Below, piece after piece: positions 34,346 to 46,720 of a stretch of 64,000 bases of DNA (position 1 is its first letter; each line of letters begins with the position of its first letter). A program made the translations under genes and the position numbers. Source of the stretch: Tritrichomonas foetus (Eukaryota); NCBI GenBank assembly GCA_041260205.1, contig CM083809.1:1922001-1986000 (forward strand). The letters run 5' to 3'. Under the pieces are notes generated by a model. The model made no database searches. It had not been told where the DNA came from and saw nothing but the letters and a program-made list of their open reading frames with translations.

Positions 34346-36703
34346 TAACTTTTCAATAGGGATGTTAAACTTTTTCAATTATTTATATTCGTTCATGGTT
34401 TTATATTCTTTGAATTTATATATTGTTCGATAGATTTTTGTTGGTATTATTTCGTTTTTCAATGTATATTAAAGGTTGTCATTCAAAATCTTTCAAAAAA
34501 TGGACAATGATTGATGAAAAAGTTCTGAATCAATGAAAAGTTGTTGGAATAAAAATAAACATTCCTCGGACTATAAAAGGTGTTTTTCTATTTAAATTAA
34601 ATAATCTACTCCGTTAAATCTAATTATATATAAATAATAAATATGAAATATATGAAGAAGAATATTCTTGTGACTTCTAACCATTTGTTTTTTTGAATAA
34701 CTCTGAAAAAATCAATGAATTATCACAATTATTTCTGAAATCAATGACCACCATCGATTTAATCTAACATTTTATTTTTCATTTTATTTACCGTTATTTT
34801 GATTGAATCAGTTCATTTTCTAACTTTCTGATTCAAATGATGAATAGGGTTTAACGATTTCTATCGATTCATTGTTAAATACAATTTGAAGGCACAATTC
34901 TCGAATTCTTGATCACAAAAGAGTTCATTCTTAGAAGAATGGTAGACATTAAATGAAAGTATTGTGGTTTTCAATCCCTTTTCTCTGGTATAAAATCATA
35001 TCTATTTCATGAAGATACTTCGATTATGATGAAAAAAAATATCATTTTTTCTTATGAAAAATGAGGAATATAGAATTTTTGAATCCACTTCTGAAATAAT
35101 TGAATATGCACTCAATATGATTCGGGAAGATTATCTCTTCTTTTTTTTCCGTTTTTCGTATAAATTTTCAGATATTCACTTCAATCAATCTAATAAACTT
35201 GGCAAAGAGTCATTACTAAAGCGAAATCCCTTGATTTGTGATATTGATATGTTCAATTATGTTGTTTTTCGTGTTAAAAATGATGGAATTCTATAAACAT
35301 ATGTCTAAATATTACGTGTTATGAGCGACAAGATAACTATTCAATTTTTCGATGAAGATGGGATAATATTTTACCTCCATCACCAAAAATCGAATCTTTC
35401 ACAGGACAAAAATGTGTAGGCTCAATAATAAATCTCAGAATTATCATTCCAATAAAACAATCTCATTACCTCATAAGTTTGGTATATTTTCAGGTTGAAC
35501 TGTGCGCTAATTGAGAGCAGTGTTTCAATGAGGTCATTCAAAAATAACGAATTGAATAGGGGGACAAATCGACAGATATCTTGCTTTGAAAAAGAAATTA
35601 TTCAGTGAAACCGCATGTCATTCACCAAAGTATGGTGAATCTGCCAATTTATTCTATGATACTTGGGAACTTTTTCTAAAAAAGCTATTTTTCGAATTCT
35701 ATTGTTATCAGAAAATTGAATCAAAAGAGCTATCGTATTATGTAACCTTAAAGGTGAATGTGAATTTCTGTTTAACTTTTGGTCGGAATGCGAGGAATAT
35801 AATGTCTTCTTGTTAAACTCTATGAAATTCATAATATGAACCAATTATCATTTTATCTCAAATCAATGAACTGATATTTACAAAGTCAGTTTTATTTTTC
35901 TTATAATTTGTCAAATGAATCTGTGTAAACTCTTAGTGAAAATAAATCATTTAAATAAATAGTTGGTGATTTGGGTTTCATCAACGAGATCATGCATTTG
36001 AAAGTTTTCATTTGTTACATGATACTTCGACAATCTTTAGAACAACAAATTTTGATCCAATGAAATATATTCATCTGATTCACCTCAGAGAAAGCTGATT
36101 CTTTATATATATCAGAAAGATCGAGAGCAGTTATTTGTTTGATGAGACTCTCAGTTAAAAATGATGAATAGTACTGGAATTATTGTGCAATGTATGAAAA
36201 TGGAAGGACAAATCAAAAAAAAAGATGTTACGAGAATAAATCATGAAAAAACAGCAATGAACTGAGAAATAGAATAACAGGATATAAACAAATAATCTGA
36301 ATACAACAGCATGATTAGTGATCAGCTTCAGCAGCGCAATAAATCTCACCACCATATGGTGAATTCAGAGCTTCAATAGTTTGCAGGACTTCGTCGACAG
36401 ATGATAAAGTCTGAAAGATTCGCTCTTGGTGAGCACCGTAAATTTATCTTTTACTAAGAATAAGAATAATACAATGGTTGTTGATGTAATCTATTTTCAA
36501 CTATTGATGGCAAAAGATGAGAGATTAATTCATCACTTCTTTATAGAGCTTCTTGGAATTAATACCTTGATTAATGTCTCGATCAAAAAAATGTATACTC
36601 TCAAATGAGGCTTACATTCAAGTAAATTTAAAACAATTCCTTTTTTTAGTGGAAGCTGTCGTATTCATCCTCAAAGTCATATTCACCTTTATAATCCCAT
36701 TTA

Positions 36704-37993
36704 TAGGGTGTCCGGTAATGTGATGTCACTAAGTATAATAAAGTCATTTCTAATAAGTCATTTTTTATTGATAAGTATTTCAAAATATGTAGTCTCCATT
36801 GGCATCAATAACTTTTTTCAGTCTATTTTGCCATTCTGCAAAAACTGAAAACAAAGTTTCCGATGGAATTTCATTGAAAATTTGGACTATTGTTTGAATC
36901 AAATGGCTTGGTGATTCAAAAACAATTCCTTTAACTTTTTCTTTAATAGTTCCAAATAAAAAAAAGTCGCTAGGCGCCAAATCAGGTGAATATGCCGGAT
37001 GTGGAACTGATTCTAGTGAGTTTTCATTTATATATTTTTTGACAATTTTTGCCACATGAGGCTTTGCATTGTCATAATGAACAAATAATTTTTTATAATT
37101 ATTCGAGTTTTTAAACTCAACAATTTTTGACATAATGGCTGTAATATAATATGCAGCATTAAACTTTTCATTTGGCGGCAAAACATCAATATGAATTATC
37201 CCATGAGGGTTCCAAAATACAGTCACCATAAATTTAGTGATCTGAAACCCTGGATTTTGAATAGTTGGGATTACTGAGTTTTCAGGAATCCATTGTGTAT
37301 TGAAATCAGTCTTGGAATAAAACCAAGACTCATCTCCTGTTATTAAAAAGGTGAAATTAGTTTTTTGTTCTGCATTCAAAATTTTAAGAAGTTTTTTTGC
37401 CAATAAAACTCTATTGGCCTTTTGATTTTCTGTTAGAATATGTGGCACCCATCGAAGATGCACATGTTTATACATTAATTTTGATGTTAAACGATCATAA
37501 ATTGTCGATTTTGGTTCACCTAAAACATTAGCAATATATCGACACGATGAATGTGGAAATTCGGTTAAAACATCTAAAATTTTCCAGTCAAGAATATCAT
37601 AACTTTGGCACTTTTTCTCTTTTTTCACAGGCTGTGTGTTTTGACTTCTGTTCAGTTCTGCCATGACTCGGTAGATTTGTCTTTGAGACAAACATTTTTC
37701 TTTCAAGACACTCTTCATTTCTTCATATATTTCTTTGCCCCTTTTTCCTTCAAGCTGCAGAAAAGTTATGATTGAATGTTGATCAATCATTTTTTAATAA
37801 ACGTGCATCGTGTACGTTTATAAATTATTCTTTTTTTTTATGAAAAAGATTCTTTATCTCTATTTTCAGTCAAGAGAAAAAAAAATTGTTTTCAAAATTT
37901 TTATGTTAACATTGCATAGTTTATTATTTATAAATATAATGTATTGATTTCACTTCTAATGTGGGTAGTGACATCACGCCTCCGGACACCCTA
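36704..37993 (-). mobile_element. Full-length mariner transposon, 1290 bp, 28-bp TIRs, TA target duplication
   Basis: TAGGGTGTCCGGTAATGTGATGTCACTA (36704-36731) vs TAGTGACATCACGCCTCCGGACACCCTA (37966-37993); TA at 36702-36703 and 37994-37995. Confidence 0.95.
36780..37790 (-). CDS. Mariner DD34D transposase, intact
   Basis: WVPHIL, TGDESWF, HYDNAKPH, YSPDLAPSDF; 34 residues between the second and third Asp. Confidence 0.95.
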   Translation of the reverse strand: MIDQHSIITFLQLEGKRGKEIYEEMKSVLKEKCLSQRQIYRVMAELNRSQNTQPVKKEKKCQSYDILDWKILDVLTEFPHSSCRYIANVLGEPKSTIYDRLTSKLMYKHVHLRWVPHILTENQKANRVLLAKKLLKILNAEQKTNFTFLITGDESWFYSKTDFNTQWIPENSVIPTIQNPGFQITKFMVTVFWNPHGIIHIDVLPPNEKFNAAYYITAIMSKIVEFKNSNNYKKLFVHYDNAKPHVAKIVKKYINENSLESVPHPAYSPDLAPSDFFLFGTIKEKVKGIVFESPSHLIQTIVQIFNEIPSETLFSVFAEWQNRLKKVIDANGDYIF

Positions 37994-38255
37994 TATATTC
38001 AAATTTACTGTGGAAACAAATCATATTAAGTAGCAAAATTTGAAACACAAGAAAAGAAATAATTTGTATCAGGTGTTGCATGATCAATACCTTTTGAATT
38101 ATCTGTTCATCTAATAAGTTTCGAAATAAATTATGTCGCAATTTATTGCGGTGATTTAAAATAAATAAATAAACAACTGTTATTCTATTGAAAATTACAG
38201 ATGATACGGTCTAGTTTATTCTCAACAGTCCATAAAGTTTTCTTCTTGTTTGATT

Positions 38256-38291
<36 letters not shown>

Positions 38292-38834
38292 ATCCTTGTC
38301 TGTTTCTTATTTGATTCTTGTTTTTGAAAATTTCCCAATTGCAGGCTTCATATTCAACCTCTTGCTTTCTGCTGATTTTCATATTAAACGAGTGAACACA
38401 GCTGAGGGAATGCATCATACTGGAGCCGTGTTCGCTCACCGCGCCTCCTCCAAGTCGAAGTGGCCCAAAGAGCAACAAAGTTCACATCACATTAACCCAT
38501 TAGATTTTATCTACCTTAGGTTTTATTTGATCTTTCACATCATAATTACAAAACTCATAGGAAAATGAATATCGGCCCAAATTTAATTTCATCGCATTTT
38601 TTATTTATTTTTATTTTATTTTATTTTTAAGCAGTGTTGTAGTTTGGCAATACTATTTTCAAAATGGTCATCACATAATGATGATTCAATTGTAAAATCT
38701 CATTTGTTGAATCAATATTATAAAATGGAGACCGTTTATTCTTAATTATGATTGATTTAAAATTGAGAAGATTATCCATTGTCGAAATCCTCACAAAAGA
38801 CGATCGTCGAAAACATTTGCAATAAAAATTTATC

Positions 38835-38887
38835 AGTTTTCAGCAAACACTTTTTGAGACTTCGTCTCAAAAAGTGGGCTGAAAACT
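38835..38887. repeat. Long hairpin next to a recombinase remnant
   Basis: AGTTTTCAGC-aaa-CACTTTTTGAGAC-TTC-GTCTCAAAAAGTG-g-GCTGAAAACT. Confidence 0.85.
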
Positions 38888-39059
38888 AAAATTCTCACGG
38901 ACACTTTTTCAATATCAATTCAAAAACTTGGTCCATAAAAATCAAAGCAGATTACGGACACTATTTTCTGGTCTCTGTTCAAACAAACAACGGCAAAATC
39001 AAAGGTTGCAAAGAAAGGGTGTTTAGGAATTCGCAGTTCCTCACTTCATTCTTTCCGCT

Positions 39060-39329
39060 TTGATCCAAAATCTCGCTCAGCAGGGACTCCATATCAGCAA
39101 CAATTCTCTCACTCTACCTTCAAGGAAGACTTATGAAGATGGACTGAATCAATACAAGAACCTTATGCGGCAAACAGCACATCTGAGCCCATTCCCCGTG
39201 ACTGTTCGCTACATGATCACCTTCATCGTTAATCAGAAAAACTTTGGACGAACTCCTCATGTTTTGTTAAACTACCTCTCGGTTGACATTCACCCTGCTT
39301 CTGCCGAAGTAGGGAATGCGATTTTCTAA
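39060..39329 (+). pseudogene. Tyrosine recombinase N-terminal (core-binding) domain fragment, DIRS/Crypton-like
   Basis: SRKTYEDGLNQY..PFPVTVRYMITFI..FGRTPHVLLNYLS pattern; catalytic domain absent. Confidence 0.5.
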
Positions 39330-39918
39330 ACGCCTTTTCTTATTACTTTTGATTTATTCGTATTTTGTTTGAAAAGAGTTCAGAAAAAGTGAATGCAGAA
39401 ATCTTGTTTGATTTTTTGGACTAAGTTTTTGAATGTGATCTTGAAAAAGTGGCCTGGTGAGAATTGTAAATTGAAAATCCGCTAATCTTTTAATTGTGAA
39501 TATGTCCATGGTTATCGCTGTTCCTATGGACAATTGGTCCATTCCCTACTGTGATGGAAGTTATTACAACAGTCTCATCATTTCCTTTTACATCGCATCA
39601 TGTCCTCGAAAATTTTGTCTTATTTGTCTTTGATAAGGGAACTTCATAAACCTATCGTAATTTTCTCTATCAAAATGAGTGTTTTTTCTGAGAAAAATCA
39701 TCAATTAAGGTGAAATCAAGTCTTTTCAATAAGAAAGATTTTCAGACGATGAATAAAATAAACTATGCAAAAAGTTCACCCTTTTTGAAAGTCGGCATAA
39801 ACTTTACAAAAATGAATGTATTGAAATAAAAATTATAACAATTTTTATCATTTCCTTTGAACATTTCAATGGGAAACAGCGGTTTTGTCATCGAGCGTGT
39901 TCACCACTTTAAAATTAC

Positions 39919-40815
39919 ATGAAGATCGTCGAATTCCGCGTCATTCTTCCAACAAATGTTCCTCAATATCAAGTTGCCAACCTCTACATGTGTGCTCAAC
40001 GTACCAGAGAAACTGCCGGTGGTGGCGAAGGAATCGAGATTCTCAAAAATGAACCATACGAAGAAGGCGAAGAAAAGGGACAATACACACACAAGGTCAT
40101 GCACTTCAAATCCAAGGTCCCTGGCTTCATCCGTTGGGCCGTTCCAGACAAGTATTTGCACTTGCATGAAAAATCGCACAATTCCTATCCACACTTCCAC
40201 ACCCTCTACGAAATGCCAGGAATGGGTAAAGACTTTTACCTCCTCGTTGAAAGCCAGCACATCGTTTTCGATAAGGAACAGGGATGCCCAGATAATTTAT
40301 TAAATCTTCCGAAAAACGAACTCGATGACCGCCAAGTTATCTATCTCGACATTCTCGACTCAACACCAAAGCCAGAAAAGAAAGAATGGGACATGCACGG
40401 ATTCACTTGCCCAGAAGCCAATATCAACTCAAAGCTCGAAACAGGAAAAGATGGAAAGAAGTACAAAGCCGACGAATCAAAGGTACCATCCTGGGTTAAG
40501 GACTACGATGGAGAATTGATGATTTGCGTTAAGGTTGTCAAATTCTTGTTCCACTGGCGCGGCCTCCAAAGTGCAGTCGAAAAAATCGCCATGAATGTTT
40601 TCCACGATGTCTTCCTCGACTCCCACCGCGCCCTCATGCAATGGGCCAAGGACTGGTTCCCAATGGACTTGGCAGCAATCAGGCAACTCGAGCACGAACT
40701 GGAGGAAGAACAGAAGAATCAACAGTTTGAGAAAGACGAGGAGGAAAGCGAGTCAAAGGACAAGAAAGATAAGAAAGACAAAAAGGACAAGAAAGACAAG
40801 AAAGATAAAAAGTAA
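39919..40815 (+). CDS. Phosphatidylinositol transfer protein with KDK-repeat tail
   Basis: EFRVILP..YQVANLYM..GGEGIEILKNEPY..GQYTHKVMHFKSKVP..HEKSHNSYPH..W. Confidence 0.95.
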   Translation: MKIVEFRVILPTNVPQYQVANLYMCAQRTRETAGGGEGIEILKNEPYEEGEEKGQYTHKVMHFKSKVPGFIRWAVPDKYLHLHEKSHNSYPHFHTLYEMPGMGKDFYLLVESQHIVFDKEQGCPDNLLNLPKNELDDRQVIYLDILDSTPKPEKKEWDMHGFTCPEANINSKLETGKDGKKYKADESKVPSWVKDYDGELMICVKVVKFLFHWRGLQSAVEKIAMNVFHDVFLDSHRALMQWAKDWFPMDLAAIRQLEHELEEEQKNQQFEKDEEESESKDKKDKKDKKDKKDKKDKK

Positions 40816-40875
40816 TTAAGGCGTAATTAATAAACTCTTCTTCTTCTTTTCCTAACCCAAATCTTTGCTTTTTTG

Positions 40876-41095
40876 ATTCATTTGTTTGTGTGATTTGATT
40901 CATTTGTTTGTGTGATTTGTTTCATTTGTTTGTGTGATTTGTTTCATTTGTTTGTGTGATTTGTTTCATTTGTTTGTGTGATTTGTTTCATTTGTTTGTG
41001 TGATTTGTTTCATTTGTTTGTGTGATTTGTTTCATTTGTTTGTGTGATTTGTTTCATTTGTTTGTTTGATTTGCTTCATTTGTTTGTTTGATTCA
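40876..41095. repeat. 22-bp tandem repeat, about 10 copies, 3' of PITP
   Basis: TTTCATTTGTTTGTGTGATTTG units. Confidence 0.9.
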
Positions 41096-41752
41096 ATTTT
41101 ATCTTTTTCATTTTTCTCTAAAACCGGGTAAATTAAAAATTTTCACTTAACATTGAGTTGATGAACGTGATGCCTATTCTTTTTTATTTGATAATGAAGT
41201 CATTCAATTGAATCATGATCTTTTGAATAGCTTAATCATATTCGTTAAAACTCCTCAAAATATATAAAATACCGATATGCTTTCAATGAGTGACATTTTC
41301 GACGTTGAATTGATACCTTCCATATATACATAAGAAAATATTTGATTTGATTGGAAACCCAAATATCAATTCCACAGGTTATCTCTTTATTTGAAACGAA
41401 TTTATTTCTGTTTTGACACTTCATATTTTTGAATTAATTTTTTCAGAAGAGATATTAAAATTTAATACAATAATCGATCTAGATTAACAAAATCATTATA
41501 TTAAAATTTCGCATCTATATTTTAAAACTGAAACATTTCCTTTCTTCACACTAAGACACATGATTTTGGTCTATATTGAAAAATTTCTCGTAAATTTTCA
41601 TTCGAAAGTTATGAAGCATTATCTTGAAATCCTGTTGCGATATTCGGACAATATAATGACATCTTTCATTTTGGTTAAATGTAAGTGTTAATCTAACAAA
41701 TTAAATACTAAAAATCGTTAGAGAAAGAAGATAACTATGAATTTTCGTTGTT

Positions 41753-43006
41753 ATGAAGTTTTTCAGAAATAATTATAATCATAGATCATCAAAAAAAGTT
41801 GTTCATTTCATGGAAAATATAGTTTGCCCTTTAAAAATTGGTCCTTATAAGCTTTCACATACACTAGGACATGGTGCATTTGCTACAGTCAAAATTGCTA
41901 TTCATACATTTACTTTGCGAGAATATGCTTGTAAAATCATCCCAAAACAAAGAATAACAACAGACAAAGGACGAATATTGTTTGAAAGAGAGATTAGAAT
42001 TACTCAACAAATTAACCATCCTAATATCGTTGGTTTATATGATCTCCTTCAAGATTCTTTAAACTACTATGTAATATTGGAATTATGTCCAGGTGGAGAT
42101 ATGTTTCAACTAATTGTGCAAGAGAAAAAGTTAAATGAAAACTTAATTCGTTATTATCTTTTTCAACTGATTGACGGATTAAAATATCTTCATGATCGGA
42201 ATATTTCCCATAGAGATCTAAAACCAGAAAATATAATGCTTGATAAAGACAAAAATATCAAGATAACAGATTTTGGATTTGCTAAACTTATTAAAAATGA
42301 ATCTCTAACTGAAACATCATGCGGTTCACCATGTTATGTATCACCAGAAGTAATATGTGGCAAGAAATATAACCCAAAAATATCAGACATGTGGTCGTTA
42401 GGTGTGATACTGTATGCTATGGCAAGTGGACAGCTTCCATGGACCAAAATAAATAAAACTCAACTATTTCATGAAATTCGAAATGGATTGTATCAACCAC
42501 TTAAATCATCATCTCCTGAACTTGCCCAAGTAGTTCATGGACTTATGTCAGTAAGCACAGAAAAAAGATGGAATGAAATGGATGTATTAAACTCAAACTT
42601 TTTGAAAAAAGTAAGTATTATTAGACCTGTTCTCTCAGTTGAAGTTCCTTTTGTTAGTGTTAAAAAGTTAGACCGTTTTTTTGAAACTGATAAAATAGAT
42701 TATAATACTGTCACTCAATATAATGATGTTTTCATAAGCTCTACAAATTTAACAACTTTTAACAAAACAGCAAAACATCTTATGCCTTCCTCTAACCAGC
42801 CAACATGTAGGAATATGTCTCTGAAAAATTGTTTGTCACAATACCAACATCCAAATGCAACTGCATCAGCCGAAATTACCAAAGCGGATATTGAATTACT
42901 AATACAAAGTTGTCCCCTTCCACGTGTTAAAAAGAAACAAAGAATAGTCAGGCCAACCACAAAGTATCGACCTAAGCCTATATTAAATAGAGTAAAACTA
43001 TTATAA
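41753..43006 (+). CDS. CAMK-group Ser/Thr kinase (true start may be ATG 41810)
   Basis: GHGAFATV, ACK, HRDLKPEN, DFG, CGSPCYVSPE, DMWSLG. Confidence 0.95.
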   Translation: MKFFRNNYNHRSSKKVVHFMENIVCPLKIGPYKLSHTLGHGAFATVKIAIHTFTLREYACKIIPKQRITTDKGRILFEREIRITQQINHPNIVGLYDLLQDSLNYYVILELCPGGDMFQLIVQEKKLNENLIRYYLFQLIDGLKYLHDRNISHRDLKPENIMLDKDKNIKITDFGFAKLIKNESLTETSCGSPCYVSPEVICGKKYNPKISDMWSLGVILYAMASGQLPWTKINKTQLFHEIRNGLYQPLKSSSPELAQVVHGLMSVSTEKRWNEMDVLNSNFLKKVSIIRPVLSVEVPFVSVKKLDRFFETDKIDYNTVTQYNDVFISSTNLTTFNKTAKHLMPSSNQPTCRNMSLKNCLSQYQHPNATASAEITKADIELLIQSCPLPRVKKKQRIVRPTTKYRPKPILNRVKLL

Positions 43007-43462
43007 ACTATCAACTACCTTTTTCTTATTTTTTTATTAATTTTCTATGAAATTGAATGCTCCAAAACCTAATAGATGATACAGTTACACAGATTTTTTT
43101 CTTCATGAATATTCCACTACACAACTAAGACGAGATTTTATTTATTCGTATTTTGTTTTTTTCTTTCAGCTTCAATAAATATGGAATTATTTTTAGAATT
43201 TTGTATCGTAATTCTATTGATTTATTTTACTCGAAAAAATAGGTTTTTACTAAAAAACTTTTTAGACCCTTTTCTCTGCTGATTCATCGAAAGAGAGGAT
43301 CAGATGGAAAGAGAAAATCAGATGTAACGAACTTGATTTAGTACAATTTTATAAAATGGCAACCTTTTAGTTCACAAATTACCATAATCTTGTAATTTGC
43401 AATTTGCCCAGACAGTGAAGTGATATCCAAAAAACCGTTTTTCTGTCGGAGTTCTTCATTAA

Positions 43463-44428
43463 ATGACCCAGGACGTTCCGATTGAAGAACTCAAGAAGTT
43501 TGCACCTGGACCAGTTGATGGCCTTCCAAGTTTAGATGTTGATGGAATTGTTTCATACATCAAATCAGGAAGGGCAACTAACATAATTATTATGCAGGGT
43601 GCGGGAATTTCATGTGCAGCTGGAATTCCAGATTTCAGAAGTCCAGGAACAGGACTTTACCATAACCTCCAAAAATATAACCTTCCCACTCCAGAATCAA
43701 TTTTTGATATTGATTATTTCAGGGAAAACCCAGAACCGTTCTTCCAGCTAGCGAAGGAAACAATGCCTGGAAGCTATAAGCCAACACCTTCACATTATCT
43801 TCCTGTCATTCTTCAAAGACACGGACTTTTGTTACGTGTTTTCACACAGAACATTGATGGGCTTGAGAGGGTTGCTGGAATACCAAGTGATAAGGTTGTT
43901 GAAGCGCATGGTACATATTTCAGTGGTACATGCCAAAAATGCAAACAAAAATATACATTAAATGATTTCAGAGAAACTATTCTTAAAGGTGAAGTGGCTT
44001 ATTGCTCGAAATGCAAAGAAGGGGTAATCAAGCCAGATATAGTCTTTTATGGAGAGGACCTTCCACGTCGCTTCTTTGAACTTTTCCACGAAGACTTTCC
44101 AAAATGCGACTTGCTCATCATTATTGGAACGAGTCTTCAAGTTCATCCTTTTGCTGGTCTGATTTATAGTGTGAAAAGATACGCACCACGTGTGTTGATA
44201 AATAATGAAAAAGTTGGAACCTATCAAGAAAAACCGATTTTGTATGTGACTAAAGAAGGAACCAAAAAAGTAATCGATACAGCAGATAGAGGAATGTTTA
44301 AATTTGGTCACATTACTAATCGAAGAGATGTTTATATTGGCGGTGATTGCCAGGATGCTGTGAGGCAAATTATAGACAAACTTGGATGGACAAGCGAATT
44401 TGAAACCATTATAAATGAAGAAAAATGA
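43463..44428 (+). CDS. Sir2-family NAD-dependent deacetylase, class I (SIRT2/Hst2-like)
   Basis: GAGISCAAGIPDFRSPGTGLY, TQNIDGLE, AHG, CxxC..CxxC, KPDIVFYGE, GTSLQVHPFA. Confidence 0.95.
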   Translation: MTQDVPIEELKKFAPGPVDGLPSLDVDGIVSYIKSGRATNIIIMQGAGISCAAGIPDFRSPGTGLYHNLQKYNLPTPESIFDIDYFRENPEPFFQLAKETMPGSYKPTPSHYLPVILQRHGLLLRVFTQNIDGLERVAGIPSDKVVEAHGTYFSGTCQKCKQKYTLNDFRETILKGEVAYCSKCKEGVIKPDIVFYGEDLPRRFFELFHEDFPKCDLLIIIGTSLQVHPFAGLIYSVKRYAPRVLINNEKVGTYQEKPILYVTKEGTKKVIDTADRGMFKFGHITNRRDVYIGGDCQDAVRQIIDKLGWTSEFETIINEEK

Positions 44429-44733
44429 AAATTTTAGATGAAGAAAAAAGAATTTAATTCTTTATATTTTTGTTCACTTTATATTTTTGTTCATTTTATA
44501 TTTTTGTTCATTTAGTTATTTAAGACTTTCTTCATAGTTTTAATGGCGCTTTCATATTCTGTATGATTTGAGATTTATTGATATTACAAATGGTGGTATT
44601 TACACGAAATTGATTTCATGTCTTGATAGTGTTGATGTTACAAACAGATGTCAAAAGAAAACGATAAAAACTGCTTTTTTTTGATGAGATAGAGGTCAAT
44701 TAGTTTTCCATCAAAAGCCATTCTTTTTAAAGA

Positions 44734-45864
44734 ATGAACGATATACATAAAGCCAGAACCAGTAAGAATCGTTTATACATCCTTTTCTTTCTATTCATTA
44801 TCGCGATTGTAGTTTTACATACAACCCTCGAATTTATCACAATAATGACAAAACATTCTCGTCCTTTCGTCAAAAACGTAGCTATCAAAATCGATTCCGA
44901 CAAACAGATAAATGCCATCAAAAATGACAGAGAAAAAAGCGAATCTGCTCAAAAATCAAACGAAGATTCCAATATCGAAGTCAAACAAACCCAAACAATC
45001 GAAATCGAAAATATTACGACAAGTAACACTTCTATAGCATTCTATATCATTGCCGGAGCTTCACAAAGTAAACTCGAGCCTGATCTACGCGCGATATTTT
45101 GGGAGCCGCAGCTCAAAAATTACAAATTCAATTACACTCTCAATTATTTATCAGATGGTCCACTTTCCGTTAACGGTGTAGATTTCATGGTTTTGCCAGA
45201 AGGATCGACTTCATATGAAGATCGACAATTTTGCATCAGAACTCCGGAAACGTGGCGCCACTTTTACAAGTATAATTTAGACAAAAAGTGGTATTTCAGA
45301 GGTACGCATGACACTTTTGTCAATATGCCGGAGATGATGAAATTCATTGACGAGCTCGAGAAAAAAGGTGACCCTATGACGACGTATAATTTTGCATTTA
45401 ATATGCACGAATATGGACTTCGGTACTATCCACATGGCGGCACTGGTTATTTGTTTTCGAATTTTGCGATGAGAAAATTCTACGAGAAGATTGATACTTT
45501 TATTCGAATTTGTCAGGGTTCTTTCGATGATGTTGCTCTAACAAGTTTCTTCAAAGAATTAGGATTGGATGTAATGGATTATCAAACCAATAAGTTTATA
45601 GTTACTTGGCCGCTTTATCAGAATGATGTAATTCTTCAGAAAAAGTTTGATCAAGTGAAGGAGTGCCCTGAATTTTATCAACTTTATTCAAATGCACCAA
45701 AATTGATTCCTTGTCCAGGGCATACTGCTGCATCTATACACATGCATAGAATACCAATGGATATTGCACACAGACTGATAAAAGAAACACCACCAAACTT
45801 TGCAGTATATTTTCCAAATCCAAATTTGCCTCAATTTTGTAAACTTGATCACGATGTTGTTTAA
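44734..45864 (+). CDS. Type II membrane glycosyltransferase, GT31/fringe-like
   Basis: N-terminal TM and stem; KWYFRGTHDTFVN, PHGGTGYLFS, DDVAL. Confidence 0.65.
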   Translation: MNDIHKARTSKNRLYILFFLFIIAIVVLHTTLEFITIMTKHSRPFVKNVAIKIDSDKQINAIKNDREKSESAQKSNEDSNIEVKQTQTIEIENITTSNTSIAFYIIAGASQSKLEPDLRAIFWEPQLKNYKFNYTLNYLSDGPLSVNGVDFMVLPEGSTSYEDRQFCIRTPETWRHFYKYNLDKKWYFRGTHDTFVNMPEMMKFIDELEKKGDPMTTYNFAFNMHEYGLRYYPHGGTGYLFSNFAMRKFYEKIDTFIRICQGSFDDVALTSFFKELGLDVMDYQTNKFIVTWPLYQNDVILQKKFDQVKECPEFYQLYSNAPKLIPCPGHTAASIHMHRIPMDIAHRLIKETPPNFAVYFPNPNLPQFCKLDHDVV

Positions 45865-46482
45865 GAAATATTGTGTAAGATATAAAATATATAAAAAGTT
45901 GATTATATGTGTTGATTAATTTCATTATAATGCGCATAAATGCTTCTAATTTCGTGGGAATTTATCTGATGATAGTCAAACGGCTATTCAAAATTCCAAT
46001 ATTCTAGGAAACTCTAAAAAGTGCCAGAAAAGTTTGTCCATTAAGGTTCATTTCAGAATCTGTACTTGTAGCACAATGGGCTCTTTCTGGAATATCAGAC
46101 ATCATTGAGAAAGTCATGATTTTTTTTTCCCACCACATTGTTAATTTATGAATAAATAAATGTAAAGAAAGCAAATACAAACCAAATAATACTACGGCAA
46201 AAACTTATGCGAACACACCTCTGAAACCTGAATTTCTTTATAGTAGTATTTCAAGCATCAACAGATAATTTTCATTTCTTTGGTTTTTTTTTCATGTTTT
46301 TTCTTTTCAGTTAACACAGAAATTTACAAGCAACCAAAGTAGTTTTTTCGATCATTTTATCTCTGAAAAATTGATTACCCTATCAGCTATATTGAAAAAT
46401 TTCTGTTATCAAGAGTGTCAATATTTCACCTTCTATTTCGTAATCAGCGGCGGTTGGCTTATGTGAATACTTGATTTTACCA

Positions 46483-46720
46483 CTTTTTATTTGACCTTTA
46501 CATTATCAATTAATAGCGGTTGCTTATGCGAATTGATTCGCATACCGCTTTTTATTTGACCTTTACATTATCAATTAATAGCGGTTGCTTATGCGAATTG
46601 ATTCGCATACCGCTTTTTATTTGACCTTTTCATTATCAATTAATAGCGGTTGCTTATGCGAATTGATTCGCATACCGCTTTTTATTTGACCTTTTCATTA
46701 TCAATTAATAGCGGTTGCTT
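46483..46720. repeat. 65-bp tandem repeat, about 3.6 copies, each with a hairpin
   Basis: AGCGGT at 46515, 46580, 46645, 46710; unit contains AGCGG..TATGCGAAT-TG-ATTCGCATA-CCGCT. Confidence 0.9.

Noticed and set aside
11182..44368. Antisense and alternative-frame ORFs overlapping well-supported genes
   Set aside because: Shadow ORFs with no independent motif support.
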